Source: Saprospiraceae bacterium (GTDB lineage Bacteria > Bacteroidota > Bacteroidia > Chitinophagales > Saprospiraceae). From it: a stretch of 46,777 bases of DNA. Shown here in pieces: positions 1-8,549 of this stretch. The notes under the pieces are model-generated. The model did no database searches, was not told the DNA's origin, and saw nothing but the letters and a program-made list of their open reading frames with translations. Location: positions 1 to 46,777 of the forward strand of contig JAUMBK010000232.1 in NCBI GenBank assembly GCA_032115795.1, read 5' to 3'. Position 1 is the stretch's first letter; each line of letters starts with the position of its first letter. A program made the translations under genes and the position numbers.

Positions 1-1179
1 ATGCTCACGCTGATGATCATCGCAGTGGGTATTACGTGTTTGGTTGGCATTCTTACGGCCATCGACAGTATTTTGTTTTCGATGAGTGATAATTTTAATC
101 GCCTTGGGGCCAATTCATTTAATATCCGGCCTTTATCAGAATCATTACGCAACCGGGAGAGAGGCAGGCAGCAGAAACAATCAGACCCTATATTGTTTGA
201 ACAGGCCATGGATTTTAAGTCAACTTATTCATATGGCTCCACCAAAGTAGCCATTGAATCGTTTTGTATTTCGGATGCAACTGTAAAATTCGGGACGAAA
301 AAGACAAATCCCACCGTGAGAATAGCTGGGGTTGACGAAAACTACCTGGACAACTCCTCCTTTGAGTTGGGTGCCGGCAGAAATTTTACGTATGATGAAG
401 TTTTTTCCACAAGCAACAAGGCAATAATAGGCAGCGATATTGTGAAGGTATTGTTTCAGGATAATCCGGATAAGGCAATTGGCAGGGACATTTACATCAA
501 CAGCGACAGGTATAAGGTAGTAGGTGCATTGAAAAGCAAAGGTTCCGCTTCGGGCGGATCAAATGATCGACGGGTGTTTATTCCTTTGTACAATTCAAAG
601 GTATTGTATGGTTATGCTGATAAGCCCTACATCCTGACTGTAGCTGTGACCATGCCAAATGAAATGGAGGAGGCCATCAATCAGGCAATTGGCACGATGC
701 GTAAGGCCAGAAAACTGAAGGTATCTGAAGAGAATGACTTTGAAATCCGAAAAAGCGATGGTATATTAAATCAGTTGAAAGACATGACCAGTACTCTGCG
801 GTGGAGTACTGTTGTTATTGCGATGCTGACTTTGCTGGGAGCGTCGATTGGACTTATGAATATCATGCTGGTCTCAGTGACAGAGCGCACGAAGGAGATT
901 GGCATTCGCAAAGCGCTTGGAGCAACCAGACAAAATATACTGACGCAATTTTTATTTGAAGCGGTAGTGATTTGTCTGCTGGGAGGCATTGTAGGCATAC
1001 TTTTGGGCATATTGATGGGCTTTGGCGTATCCACCATGGTGGATGGGCGGTTTTTTATCCCCTGGAACTGGATTTTACTCGGCTTTACAGTGTGTATTGT
1101 GGTGGGACTGATTTCAGGGCTATACCCGGCACTAAAAGCCTCCAGACTTGACCCAATCGAGGCGCTGCGTTATGAATAA
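1..1179 (+). CDS. ABC transporter permease, FtsX/MacB family (N-terminus probably cut by window edge)
   Basis: The ORF runs from base 1. An N-terminal TM segment is followed by a large MacB-like extracytoplasmic domain and a C-terminal FtsX 4-TM module (LGASIGLMNIMLVSVTERTKEIGIRKALGA; ends LYPALKASRLDPIEALRYE). Confidence 0.8.
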   Translation: MLTLMIIAVGITCLVGILTAIDSILFSMSDNFNRLGANSFNIRPLSESLRNRERGRQQKQSDPILFEQAMDFKSTYSYGSTKVAIESFCISDATVKFGTKKTNPTVRIAGVDENYLDNSSFELGAGRNFTYDEVFSTSNKAIIGSDIVKVLFQDNPDKAIGRDIYINSDRYKVVGALKSKGSASGGSNDRRVFIPLYNSKVLYGYADKPYILTVAVTMPNEMEEAINQAIGTMRKARKLKVSEENDFEIRKSDGILNQLKDMTSTLRWSTVVIAMLTLLGASIGLMNIMLVSVTERTKEIGIRKALGATRQNILTQFLFEAVVICLLGGIVGILLGILMGFGVSTMVDGRFFIPWNWILLGFTVCIVVGLISGLYPALKASRLDPIEALRYE

Positions 1180-1205
1180 ATTATTCAAAAATTAACTGGC
1201 CGGAG

Positions 1206-1835
1206 ATGACCTTAAAGAATCGCTATTCTGACCTGTTTCCTGAAGCAGGATGTGATGAAGCGGGTCGGGGATGTCTCGCAGGACCTGTGTATGCAGCAGC
1301 GGTTATTTTGCCACCTGACTACTTTCATCCGGTATTGACGGATTCCAAAAAACTGACAGAAAAACAAAGAGACTTACTCAGGAAGGATCTTGAAACCCAC
1401 GCCATAGACTTTGCAGTTGCCAGATTGGATGCCCCGGAAATCGACAAGCTCAATATTTTATGGGCCTCTGTCAAGACAATGCATCTGGCGCTGGATTTGC
1501 TTCAAACACGCCCACAGCATATTTTGATTGACGGGAATAAATTCAAGCCATACGCAGAGATACCACATCAATGTGTGGTAGGGGGAGATGCACTCTACGC
1601 GAGCATTGCGGCGGCATCAATTCTGGCCAAAACGTATCGAGATGAGTATATGATGTCCATTCACGGAGAATTTCCTGAATACTGTTGGGACAGCAACAAG
1701 GGTTATCCTACCGATAGTCACAGGAAAGCCATCATGGCAAATGGGCCATGTTTGTATCACAGGAAAAGCTTCCAGCTCTATGCAGGAGGTGGACATGATG
1801 CGTCTACTAGACAGCAGGGTACACTCCCATTATAA
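1206..1835 (+). CDS. rnhB: Ribonuclease HII
   Basis: Carries the GCDEAGRGCLAGPVYAAAV metal-binding motif and the later ASILAK motif. At 209 aa it is typical for RNase HII. Confidence 0.9.
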   Translation: MTLKNRYSDLFPEAGCDEAGRGCLAGPVYAAAVILPPDYFHPVLTDSKKLTEKQRDLLRKDLETHAIDFAVARLDAPEIDKLNILWASVKTMHLALDLLQTRPQHILIDGNKFKPYAEIPHQCVVGGDALYASIAAASILAKTYRDEYMMSIHGEFPEYCWDSNKGYPTDSHRKAIMANGPCLYHRKSFQLYAGGGHDASTRQQGTLPL

Positions 1836-1952
1836 AAACGCAGGCAAACGCAAATTTCACAAACATTGGCGGCCGGATTACAGCCTTGTTTTCCAACAAA
1901 TGGCGATGTTATAAAAATAGCGTATTTCTAGCTTTGAGGGTTGGAAAATCTG

Positions 1953-1960
1953 TATTTTTG
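1953..1960 (+). promoter_or_regulatory. Candidate Bacteroidota -7 promoter box (TAnnTTTG)
   Basis: TATTTTTG lies about 26 nt upstream of the ATG at 1986, in a 150-nt intergenic gap. This is a motif match only. Confidence 0.3.
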
Positions 1961-1985
1961 CAGGACCTAACCAAAATAGAATAAC

Positions 1986-3161
1986 ATGCAATTTCAACTC
2001 TCAGAAGAACAACTGTCGGTTCGTGAGGCGGCACGTGATTTCACGGAGCAAGAATTATTGCCGGGTGTCATAGAAAGAGACAGGATGATGGCGTATCCCA
2101 GAGAACAGGTGAATAAAATGGCCGACATGGGATTTATGGGTATGATGGTATCCCCTGCGTTTGGGGGAGGGGGAATGGATACTCTTTCCTATGTGCTGGC
2201 AATGGAAGAAATCAGCAAAGTGGATAGTTCCTGTTCTGTGATTATGTCTGTGAACAACTCCCTGGTATGTTGGGGAATAGAAGAGTATGGCAGTCAAGAG
2301 CAGAAGGAGTTGTATCTGCCAAAACTTACATCCGGAGAGTGGATCGGTTCCTTTTGTCTGTCTGAACCTGAGGCAGGCAGTGATGCAACGAGCCAGCGTA
2401 CGACCGCGATTGATATGGGAGACCATTACATACTCAATGGCACGAAAAACTGGATTACGAACGGAGGAACATCTTCTGTTCACATTGTCATAGCCCAAAC
2501 GGATGTGTCGAAAAAGCACCACGGCATCAATGCCTTTCTGGTAGAAACGTCCTGGCCGGGAGTAGTGATTGGTGCAAAAGAAGACAAGCTGGGAATACGT
2601 GCATCGGATACGCATACAATCATGTACACTGATGTGAAAGTACCAAAGTCACACAGGATTGGAGGAGATGGCTTTGGATTTACATTTGCAATGAAAGTCC
2701 TTTCCGGCGGTAGGATTGGTATAGCGGCGCAGGCATTGGGCATTGCGGCGGGTGCATATGAACTGGCGGTAAAGTATGCAAAAGAAAGAGAGGCGTTTGG
2801 CAAGCCAATTGGGCAGCACCAGGCCATTGCATTCAAACTGGCTGACATGGCAACGGAGATTGAGGCGGCCAGGCTTTTGGTATATCGTTCTGCCTGGATG
2901 AAGGACCAGGGCATGGACTACACATCTGCTGCTGCCATGGCCAAGCTTTTTGCATCTGAAGTGGCAATGAAACATACGGTTGAAGCCGTTCAGGTGCATG
3001 GAGGGTATGGCTTTGTCAAAGAGTATCATGTGGAGCGGCTGATGCGGGATGCAAAGATTACGCAGATTTATGAGGGCACATCTGAAATGCAACGCATTGT
3101 CATCAGCAGAAAATTGCTGTCTGGTCAGTTGTATGAACCAATGTGGCAGGTACAGGAATAA
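1986..3161 (+). CDS. Acyl-CoA dehydrogenase (short/branched-chain type)
   Basis: 391 aa with ACAD hallmarks: GSFCLSEPEAGSDA, NGTKNWITNG, QVHGGYGFVKEY and the C-terminal IYEGTSEMQR catalytic-Glu motif. Confidence 0.9.
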   Translation: MQFQLSEEQLSVREAARDFTEQELLPGVIERDRMMAYPREQVNKMADMGFMGMMVSPAFGGGGMDTLSYVLAMEEISKVDSSCSVIMSVNNSLVCWGIEEYGSQEQKELYLPKLTSGEWIGSFCLSEPEAGSDATSQRTTAIDMGDHYILNGTKNWITNGGTSSVHIVIAQTDVSKKHHGINAFLVETSWPGVVIGAKEDKLGIRASDTHTIMYTDVKVPKSHRIGGDGFGFTFAMKVLSGGRIGIAAQALGIAAGAYELAVKYAKEREAFGKPIGQHQAIAFKLADMATEIEAARLLVYRSAWMKDQGMDYTSAAAMAKLFASEVAMKHTVEAVQVHGGYGFVKEYHVERLMRDAKITQIYEGTSEMQRIVISRKLLSGQLYEPMWQVQE

Positions 3162-3175
3162 TTGGAAAAAACAGA

Positions 3176-4261
3176 ATGGAAGGAGGCACAGTAAAAATCG
3201 GTAGTTTTAGCAGAATACCTGTCAAGGTCCATTGGACATTTGGTGTATTGATCCTGTTTGTCAGTTACTCGATTTTCACCAGTGAACAAAAAATGGAGGA
3301 AAATTTTGCCACTCTTGCGTTTTTGGGAGGAATCTTTTTTTGTGTCGTTTTGCATGAGTTTGGCCATGCATTGACGGCTCGACGATATGGAGTAGTCACC
3401 AGGGATATCATTCTTTCTCCCATTGGAGGAGTTGCCAGGATGGAAAGGATGCCTGAAAAGCCGTTTCACGAATTCGTGATTGCGCTTGCCGGCCCGTTGG
3501 TCAATCTTGTTATTGGGCTTGCGCTGGCAGTCTATTTATATCTGTTTACTGACAGGATTTTTCCGGAGGTAGTGGATTTTCAGTTTAAGGAGGCAGAAGA
3601 ATTCATGAGATATATGACCATGATGAATTTTCTTCTTTTTGGTTTTAATCTAATACCGGCATTCCCAATGGATGGAGGAAGGATACTTCGTGCCATATTG
3701 TCTGCAAAACTTGGAAGAGTTCCGGGAACGAAGGTGGCCACATTTGTAGGCAGGTTTATTGCTGCTTTGTTTATCATCACGGGTATTTTTCAGGCTGAGA
3801 TCGTGTTGGGCCTGATAGGTTTGTTTATATTCATGATGGCAGGAAAAGAATATGACCAGGCAAGAATTACCCAGCTGCTTGACAAAACAACAGCTGCAGA
3901 AATTATGCGAACGGCGTTTACACGACTTCATCTGAGTGATACCTATTCGATGGTCATTGAGAAATATTACAGGGAAGGAGAGCAAAATTTTCTGGTATTT
4001 GATTCGCTGGGCAATTTTTCCGGGACGGTTCCGGAATTATTTATCAAAGATATAATCAAGCATAACACACCAGATAAAACAGTCAACCAACTGATGTCAG
4101 GGAAGGCAGTGATGGTACCTCCATCAAAATCCCTGAAAGAAATCATTGAATTGATGAAAAACGAAGGGATTGCCATAGTGGCAGTAGGAGATGAGAATCA
4201 TATAATGGGTATTCTGGACAGGAACGGAATAGAAAACTATATTCGGATCAAATCAGAATAA
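3176..4261 (+). CDS. Site-2 protease family (M50) zinc metalloprotease with C-terminal CBS pair
   Basis: Has the HEFGHAL zinc motif, a second motif NLIPAFPMDGGR and several TM helices. The C-terminal ~130 aa look like a CBS pair. I moved the start from GTG 3143 to ATG 3176 to remove the overlap with the upstream gene. Confidence 0.85.
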   Translation: MEGGTVKIGSFSRIPVKVHWTFGVLILFVSYSIFTSEQKMEENFATLAFLGGIFFCVVLHEFGHALTARRYGVVTRDIILSPIGGVARMERMPEKPFHEFVIALAGPLVNLVIGLALAVYLYLFTDRIFPEVVDFQFKEAEEFMRYMTMMNFLLFGFNLIPAFPMDGGRILRAILSAKLGRVPGTKVATFVGRFIAALFIITGIFQAEIVLGLIGLFIFMMAGKEYDQARITQLLDKTTAAEIMRTAFTRLHLSDTYSMVIEKYYREGEQNFLVFDSLGNFSGTVPELFIKDIIKHNTPDKTVNQLMSGKAVMVPPSKSLKEIIELMKNEGIAIVAVGDENHIMGILDRNGIENYIRIKSE

Positions 4262-4376
4262 CGGATGTGTTTTTCTCCCTAACCATGCAAATTGTGCGAT
4301 GTTTGATGGTACCTGCATGACGTGGGATTAAAAATTTTGCGTTAACTTCGGCCATAATCTATAAATCAAACGGCCA

Positions 4377-5900
4377 ATGTCTCCTGTAACCCTTTTTTCT
4401 TTTGTATTTGGTTATTTTCTCCTTTTGCTTGTGGTGGCCTGGTACACTTCGAGAAATGCCAACAACGATTCATTTTTTATAGGCAATAAAAACAGCAACT
4501 GGATGCTGGTGGCGTTTGGCATGGTGGGTACCTCGCTGAGCGGGGTGACCTTTGTCAGTGTGCCGGGTACTGTAGGAACCGCCGGGTTTGGATATTATCA
4601 GGTGGTATTAGGATATTTTATAGGTTATTTTGTCATCGCGTTTGTGTTGTTGCCCATGTATTACCGTATGAATCTCACGTCGATTTATAGATTTCTTGAA
4701 GATCGGTTTGGTGTGGTTTCCTATAAGACGGGGGCTTTGTTTTTTATCATATCCAGAACACTCGGAGCGACGGCGAGAATGTATCTTGTCATTAATGTGC
4801 TGCAATTGTTTATTTTGGATCAAATGGGTGTACCATTTATCCTCACGGCCTTTGTCATGTTGTTGTTGATTTTGCTGTATACGTTTGAGGGAGGGGTCAA
4901 AACGATTGTATATACAGATACGCTGCAGACGTCATTTATGCTTGGAGGTCTTGTTTTGTGTATTATCGCCATCATGCAAAAAATGGATCTTGGAATCACT
5001 GACACATTTACGCTGCTCTCACAAGAGGGTTATACCCGTATTTTTAATACGGATGTCAACTCGTCAGGTTTCTTTTTAAAGCAAATTCTTGGAGGTGCAT
5101 TTATTACAATTACAATGACAGGATTAGACCAGGAGATGATGCAAAAAAACATCAGTGTCAAAAGACTTGTAGATTCTCAAAAAAATGTGCTGACACTGGC
5201 TACGGTACTCCTGATTGTGAATGTGCTGTTTCTGATGCTTGGCGGGTTACTTTCCTTATATGCAAGTCAAAACAACCTGGCGTTTAGCGGAGACGATTTG
5301 TTTCCCTCGATCGCCCTGGGCAATTATTTGTCTGCAGGAATGGGTGTCATTTTCATTATTGCCCTGGTGTCTGCATTGTTTCCCAGTGCAGATGGAGCAT
5401 TGACCGCGATGACATCGTCTTTTTGTATAGACATGCTCGGAATGCAGAAAGACACCCTTTCGACGGATGCAAAGAAGAGGCAGGTACGATTGGGTGTCCA
5501 CCTGAGTTTTGCAATGTTGTTTTTCTTATGCGTTTTGGTATTTAAATGGATTGACGACAAGTCTATCATTGATGTCATTTTAAAGCTCGCAGGATATACG
5601 TATGGTCCGTTGCTTGGCATGTTTGCGTTTGGGATGTTTACAAAAAGAATAGTCAAAGACAAATGGGTAATTTGGGTTTGTCTGGCTTCTCCTGTATTGG
5701 TATTGGGCATCGACTTGATCAACAATGCAGAGTGGTTTGTAGCTAAGCTGACAATGGATGGATCAATGGCCGAAGGTCTTGTATCTTTGTCTGAACGCGT
5801 GTTTTCCGGGTTCAAAATAGGGATAGAAATACTCATTATAAATGGACTGCTGACGTTTGCGGGCCTATTTATCATATCTACAGATCAAAAGCCGGAATAA
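4377..5900 (+). CDS. Sodium:solute symporter (SSF) family transporter
   Basis: 507 aa with about 13 hydrophobic helices and an SSF-like N-terminal region (SFFIGNKNSNWMLVAFGMVGTSLSGVTFVSVPG). Confidence 0.85.
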   Translation: MSPVTLFSFVFGYFLLLLVVAWYTSRNANNDSFFIGNKNSNWMLVAFGMVGTSLSGVTFVSVPGTVGTAGFGYYQVVLGYFIGYFVIAFVLLPMYYRMNLTSIYRFLEDRFGVVSYKTGALFFIISRTLGATARMYLVINVLQLFILDQMGVPFILTAFVMLLLILLYTFEGGVKTIVYTDTLQTSFMLGGLVLCIIAIMQKMDLGITDTFTLLSQEGYTRIFNTDVNSSGFFLKQILGGAFITITMTGLDQEMMQKNISVKRLVDSQKNVLTLATVLLIVNVLFLMLGGLLSLYASQNNLAFSGDDLFPSIALGNYLSAGMGVIFIIALVSALFPSADGALTAMTSSFCIDMLGMQKDTLSTDAKKRQVRLGVHLSFAMLFFLCVLVFKWIDDKSIIDVILKLAGYTYGPLLGMFAFGMFTKRIVKDKWVIWVCLASPVLVLGIDLINNAEWFVAKLTMDGSMAEGLVSLSERVFSGFKIGIEILIINGLLTFAGLFIISTDQKPE

Positions 5901-5901
5901 A

Positions 5902-6717
5902 ATGGAACGGATGACGGAAAGGCCCTCCTTGTACAGGCATTTAGAAACAAAAACAACAGAAGAGCTCCTTACGGAAATCAACACGGAGGACCAAAAGGTG
6001 GCAATGGCGGTCAAAATGTCCATTCCGCAAATCATTCTACTGGTTGATTGCATAGTGGAAAAGATGAAACTTGGAGGTAGGTTGTTTTATATCGGTGCAG
6101 GGACCAGTGGCCGTCTTGGCGTACTGGATGCTTCGGAATGTCCCCCAACGTATGGTGTCCCCAAAGACTGGGTCATTGGATTGATCGCAGGAGGAGACAC
6201 AGCCTTGCGAAACTCTGTAGAGAAAGCGGAGGACGATATTGACCAAGCCTGGATAGATTTGCAGCAATACCATATAAACAAGAAAGATGTTCTTGTGGGA
6301 CTGGCAGCATCAGGGACTACGCCTTACGTAATAAATGGACTGAAAAGAGCCAGACAGGAAGGAATCGCAACAGGCAGCATCACGTGCAATGCTGGTTGTC
6401 CTGTGTCTGAGAACGCAGACTTTCCCATAGAAGTGGTTGTCGGCCCGGAATATGTGACAGGAAGTACACGGATGAAATCTGGTACAGCGCAAAAAATGGT
6501 CTTGAATATGATCAGCACCAGTGTTATGATTCAACTGGGCCGGGTCAAGGACAATAAGATGGTTGACATGCAGTTAAGCAATGACAAGCTGGTTGACAGA
6601 GGTGCCAGGATGGTGATGGAAAAAACGGGTCTTGATTACGATGCAGCCCTACGTTTGCTACAGTCCAAGGGCTCCGTCAGAGCAGCCATCGAAAGTATCC
6701 AGCCCAGCCAGGGATAG
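5902..6717 (+). CDS. murQ: N-acetylmuramic acid 6-phosphate etherase
   Basis: Shows SIS-domain etherase motifs: GGRLFYIGAGTSGRLGVLDASECPPTYG, GLAASGTTPYV and TGSTRMKSGTAQK. ATG 5902 is 1 nt after the symporter stop, so the start was trimmed from 5857. Confidence 0.9.
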   Translation: MERMTERPSLYRHLETKTTEELLTEINTEDQKVAMAVKMSIPQIILLVDCIVEKMKLGGRLFYIGAGTSGRLGVLDASECPPTYGVPKDWVIGLIAGGDTALRNSVEKAEDDIDQAWIDLQQYHINKKDVLVGLAASGTTPYVINGLKRARQEGIATGSITCNAGCPVSENADFPIEVVVGPEYVTGSTRMKSGTAQKMVLNMISTSVMIQLGRVKDNKMVDMQLSNDKLVDRGARMVMEKTGLDYDAALRLLQSKGSVRAAIESIQPSQG

Positions 6718-6725
6718 GACAGGCC

Positions 6726-6938
6726 CTATTTACTGTAAGCAAGAATCTTTGAGATTGTTTTTTCCGAAGGACGAAATTGTATTTCCGGCAATGAGGCATA
6801 GCCTTCATTCAGATGTTCAAATGATTCCAGCAACGTGCTGTCTTCTTCGAGGGCAAACTCCAGTTCGAGTTTTTCAAACAAGTCCGCTTCATTATACAAG
6901 AAACGAACCAGAGACTCTTCAGTGTACATTTGTATCAT
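6726..6938 (-). CDS. Hypothetical small acidic protein (70 aa)
   Basis: An isolated 70-codon ORF that is not the shadow of a longer gene. It lies 70 nt downstream of the DUF2147 gene on the same strand. I recognise no family. Confidence 0.35.
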   Translation of the reverse strand: MIQMYTEESLVRFLYNEADLFEKLELEFALEEDSTLLESFEHLNEGYASLPEIQFRPSEKTISKILAYSK

Positions 6939-7008
6939 GCAATGTGTTTAATAGATGTGATGCCTACTAAACGGATGGTTAGATAAAATATTGTACAGAA
7001 AAAACGAA

Positions 7009-7431
7009 CTATTTTACTTTATACCAGACCTGGGTACGACCAAACATAGAAAACCCCAGAAAACCTCTTACATTGAGTTTGGAGGACCCGTCCATTTCGA
7101 TTTTACAATCATAGACCTTTCCACTTTTGGGATCAAGTATTTCGCCTCCGTCCCAAACAGACCCGGATTTGGACAAATTCCAGAGGATGTCCATGCCAAC
7201 CAGGGATTTTCCTTTGTTTGCCCCTTCGCATTTATCACAACGGGTGATTGTGGCGGCAGGAAGAAGTTTGATCACCTTGCCACGTAGCTTTCCATTGGCT
7301 TCATAGATTTCTATGTGGGACTTTTCTTTTCCATCTGTATCGTCCAGGTTTTTCCAAATACCAACAGGACTTTGCGCGTGTAAACCGAATGAAAGGGAAA
7401 GAAAACTCAATAAGATTGAAAATCGAAACAT
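7009..7431 (-). CDS. DUF2147-like secreted protein
   Basis: Signal peptide MFRFSILLSFLSLSFGLHAQ, then the pattern GIWKN..DG..IEIYE..GKLRGK..DPKSGKVYDCKI..LNVRGF typical of DUF2147. The start was trimmed to ATG 7431; the longer ORF would overlap the next gene. Confidence 0.75.
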   Translation of the reverse strand: MFRFSILLSFLSLSFGLHAQSPVGIWKNLDDTDGKEKSHIEIYEANGKLRGKVIKLLPAATITRCDKCEGANKGKSLVGMDILWNLSKSGSVWDGGEILDPKSGKVYDCKIEMDGSSKLNVRGFLGFSMFGRTQVWYKVK

Positions 7432-7552
7432 GTGATGATTTATTTTTATTGGAAATATAACCAAAAAGGCTCGGAAGGGTTCAATTTTTCTTTCGTACGA
7501 TTTCCACATTCTTCCTTGTTGGTTGGAAAACATCCTGCACAACAAGAAAGTA

Positions 7553-7918
7553 TCAGAGAAGATCCAGTTCTCTTGGATGCCAGAATTTAGAATCAAAATC
7601 GAAAACAGCATCATTTACCACCCGAATTCCCTCTGCTTGTAATCTTTCCATCATGAGCGTTGGGGTAGAAAACTGCATTCTTCCAGAGAGCTCGCCTTTT
7701 CTGTTTACCACTCTGTGTGCCGGAATGAGGTGATCCTGGTGATGGCAATGGTTTAAGGCCCAGCCGACCATGCGTGCCGACCCAAGGGCCAGGTAGTCGG
7801 CAATGGCGCCATACGTAGTCACTCTACCTTCGGGTATGAGACAGGTCACATCGTAGACCAAATCAAAATAATGGGGTGAGCGTAGGTCTTTCTTCTCCAA
7901 TCCCTTTTTTCCGGACAT
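7553..7918 (-). CDS. MGMT-family DNA-binding protein lacking the acceptor cysteine (alkyltransferase-like, ATL)
   Basis: Has the MGMT C-terminal domain pattern (GRVTTYGAIADYLALGSARMVGWALN). The active-site PCHRV motif reads IPAHRVV, and the Ala codon GCA is at 7718..7720 on the minus strand. Start trimmed to ATG 7918. Confidence 0.75.
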   Translation of the reverse strand: MSGKKGLEKKDLRSPHYFDLVYDVTCLIPEGRVTTYGAIADYLALGSARMVGWALNHCHHQDHLIPAHRVVNRKGELSGRMQFSTPTLMMERLQAEGIRVVNDAVFDFDSKFWHPRELDLL

Positions 7919-7950
7919 AAAGCTTCCTATTTTTGTACAAAATAACGACA

Positions 7951-8547
7951 ATGCCAGACATTAAGATAAAAGCAAGTAAAGTATCCAGCCTGACAGATGC
8001 CAGGTATTTTGCTGCTGCAGGAGTGGATTACCTGGGATTTTGTTGTAATACAGGCACGGAATTGTATTGCTCACCTTCAAAAATCAGGGAGATCACAGAA
8101 TGGGTTCATGGGCCTTCCTTTATTCTGGAACTGGATGGGTGGCAAAGCGAAGAAGAAATTCAGATTTTGCTTGATAGCCAATTAGGTCAAGGCCTGCATT
8201 TTGGAGCATTTGCTTCTTATGACAGGGTCTTTTCACTGCCGGTCTTCCAGGATTTTATTTTTGAAAACATGGGAGAGGCAGATTTGTCTCGGGCAGATTA
8301 TCCCGTAATACGCTCTGATCGGGCATTTGGCCAGCTGGCTTCTTCTGACATTGAAATGCTTGCCACCATTTGCAAGGGTTCCAGCATTTTTGTCGACATT
8401 CCTTTTCAAATAGAGGACTGGCCAGAGCTCATAGAGAGAATACCCTTGTATGGCCTGATTATCCGGGGCGGCGAGGAGGAAAAGACCGGAGTCAAATCGT
8501 TTGATTCTCTGGATGCATTGTTTGACATCATCTTTTCGGACCGCTAA
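7951..8547 (+). CDS. Phosphoribosylanthranilate isomerase (TrpF)-like TIM-barrel protein, divergent
   Basis: The N-terminus IKIKASKVSSLTDARYFAAAGVDYLGFCC aligns by eye with the TrpF pattern VKICGIT.LEDA....GADA.GF.F. There are no other trp genes nearby. Start trimmed to ATG 7951. Confidence 0.45.
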   Translation: MPDIKIKASKVSSLTDARYFAAAGVDYLGFCCNTGTELYCSPSKIREITEWVHGPSFILELDGWQSEEEIQILLDSQLGQGLHFGAFASYDRVFSLPVFQDFIFENMGEADLSRADYPVIRSDRAFGQLASSDIEMLATICKGSSIFVDIPFQIEDWPELIERIPLYGLIIRGGEEEKTGVKSFDSLDALFDIIFSDR

Positions 8548-8549
8548 GC

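Noticed and set aside
2055-2615. Long antisense ORFs inside well-supported genes, for example 2055..2615(-), 5324..5875(-), 8761..9270(+), 22017..22586(+), 31190..31765(+), 32379..32837(+) and 32970..33524(+).
   Set aside because: Each lies entirely within, and opposite to, a gene with strong family motifs (ACAD, SSF, E2, NhaD, NuoG/F/E/D). The translations are low-complexity or Cys/Arg-rich shadow frames with no recognisable domains.
6632-7287. Plus-strand ORFs 6632..6970 and 6991..7287.
   Set aside because: They are shadows of the minus-strand small ORF and the DUF2147 gene, and have no motifs.
7432-7614. The upstream extension of the DUF2147 ORF (to 7614), and similar 5' extensions of ORFs at 3143, 5857, 7951(-), 7933, 13024(-), 12956, 13764, 14976 and 36114.
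   Set aside because: The extensions overlap neighbouring genes or precede an obvious signal peptide or conserved N-terminus. Internal ATGs give family-typical lengths, so the starts were trimmed.
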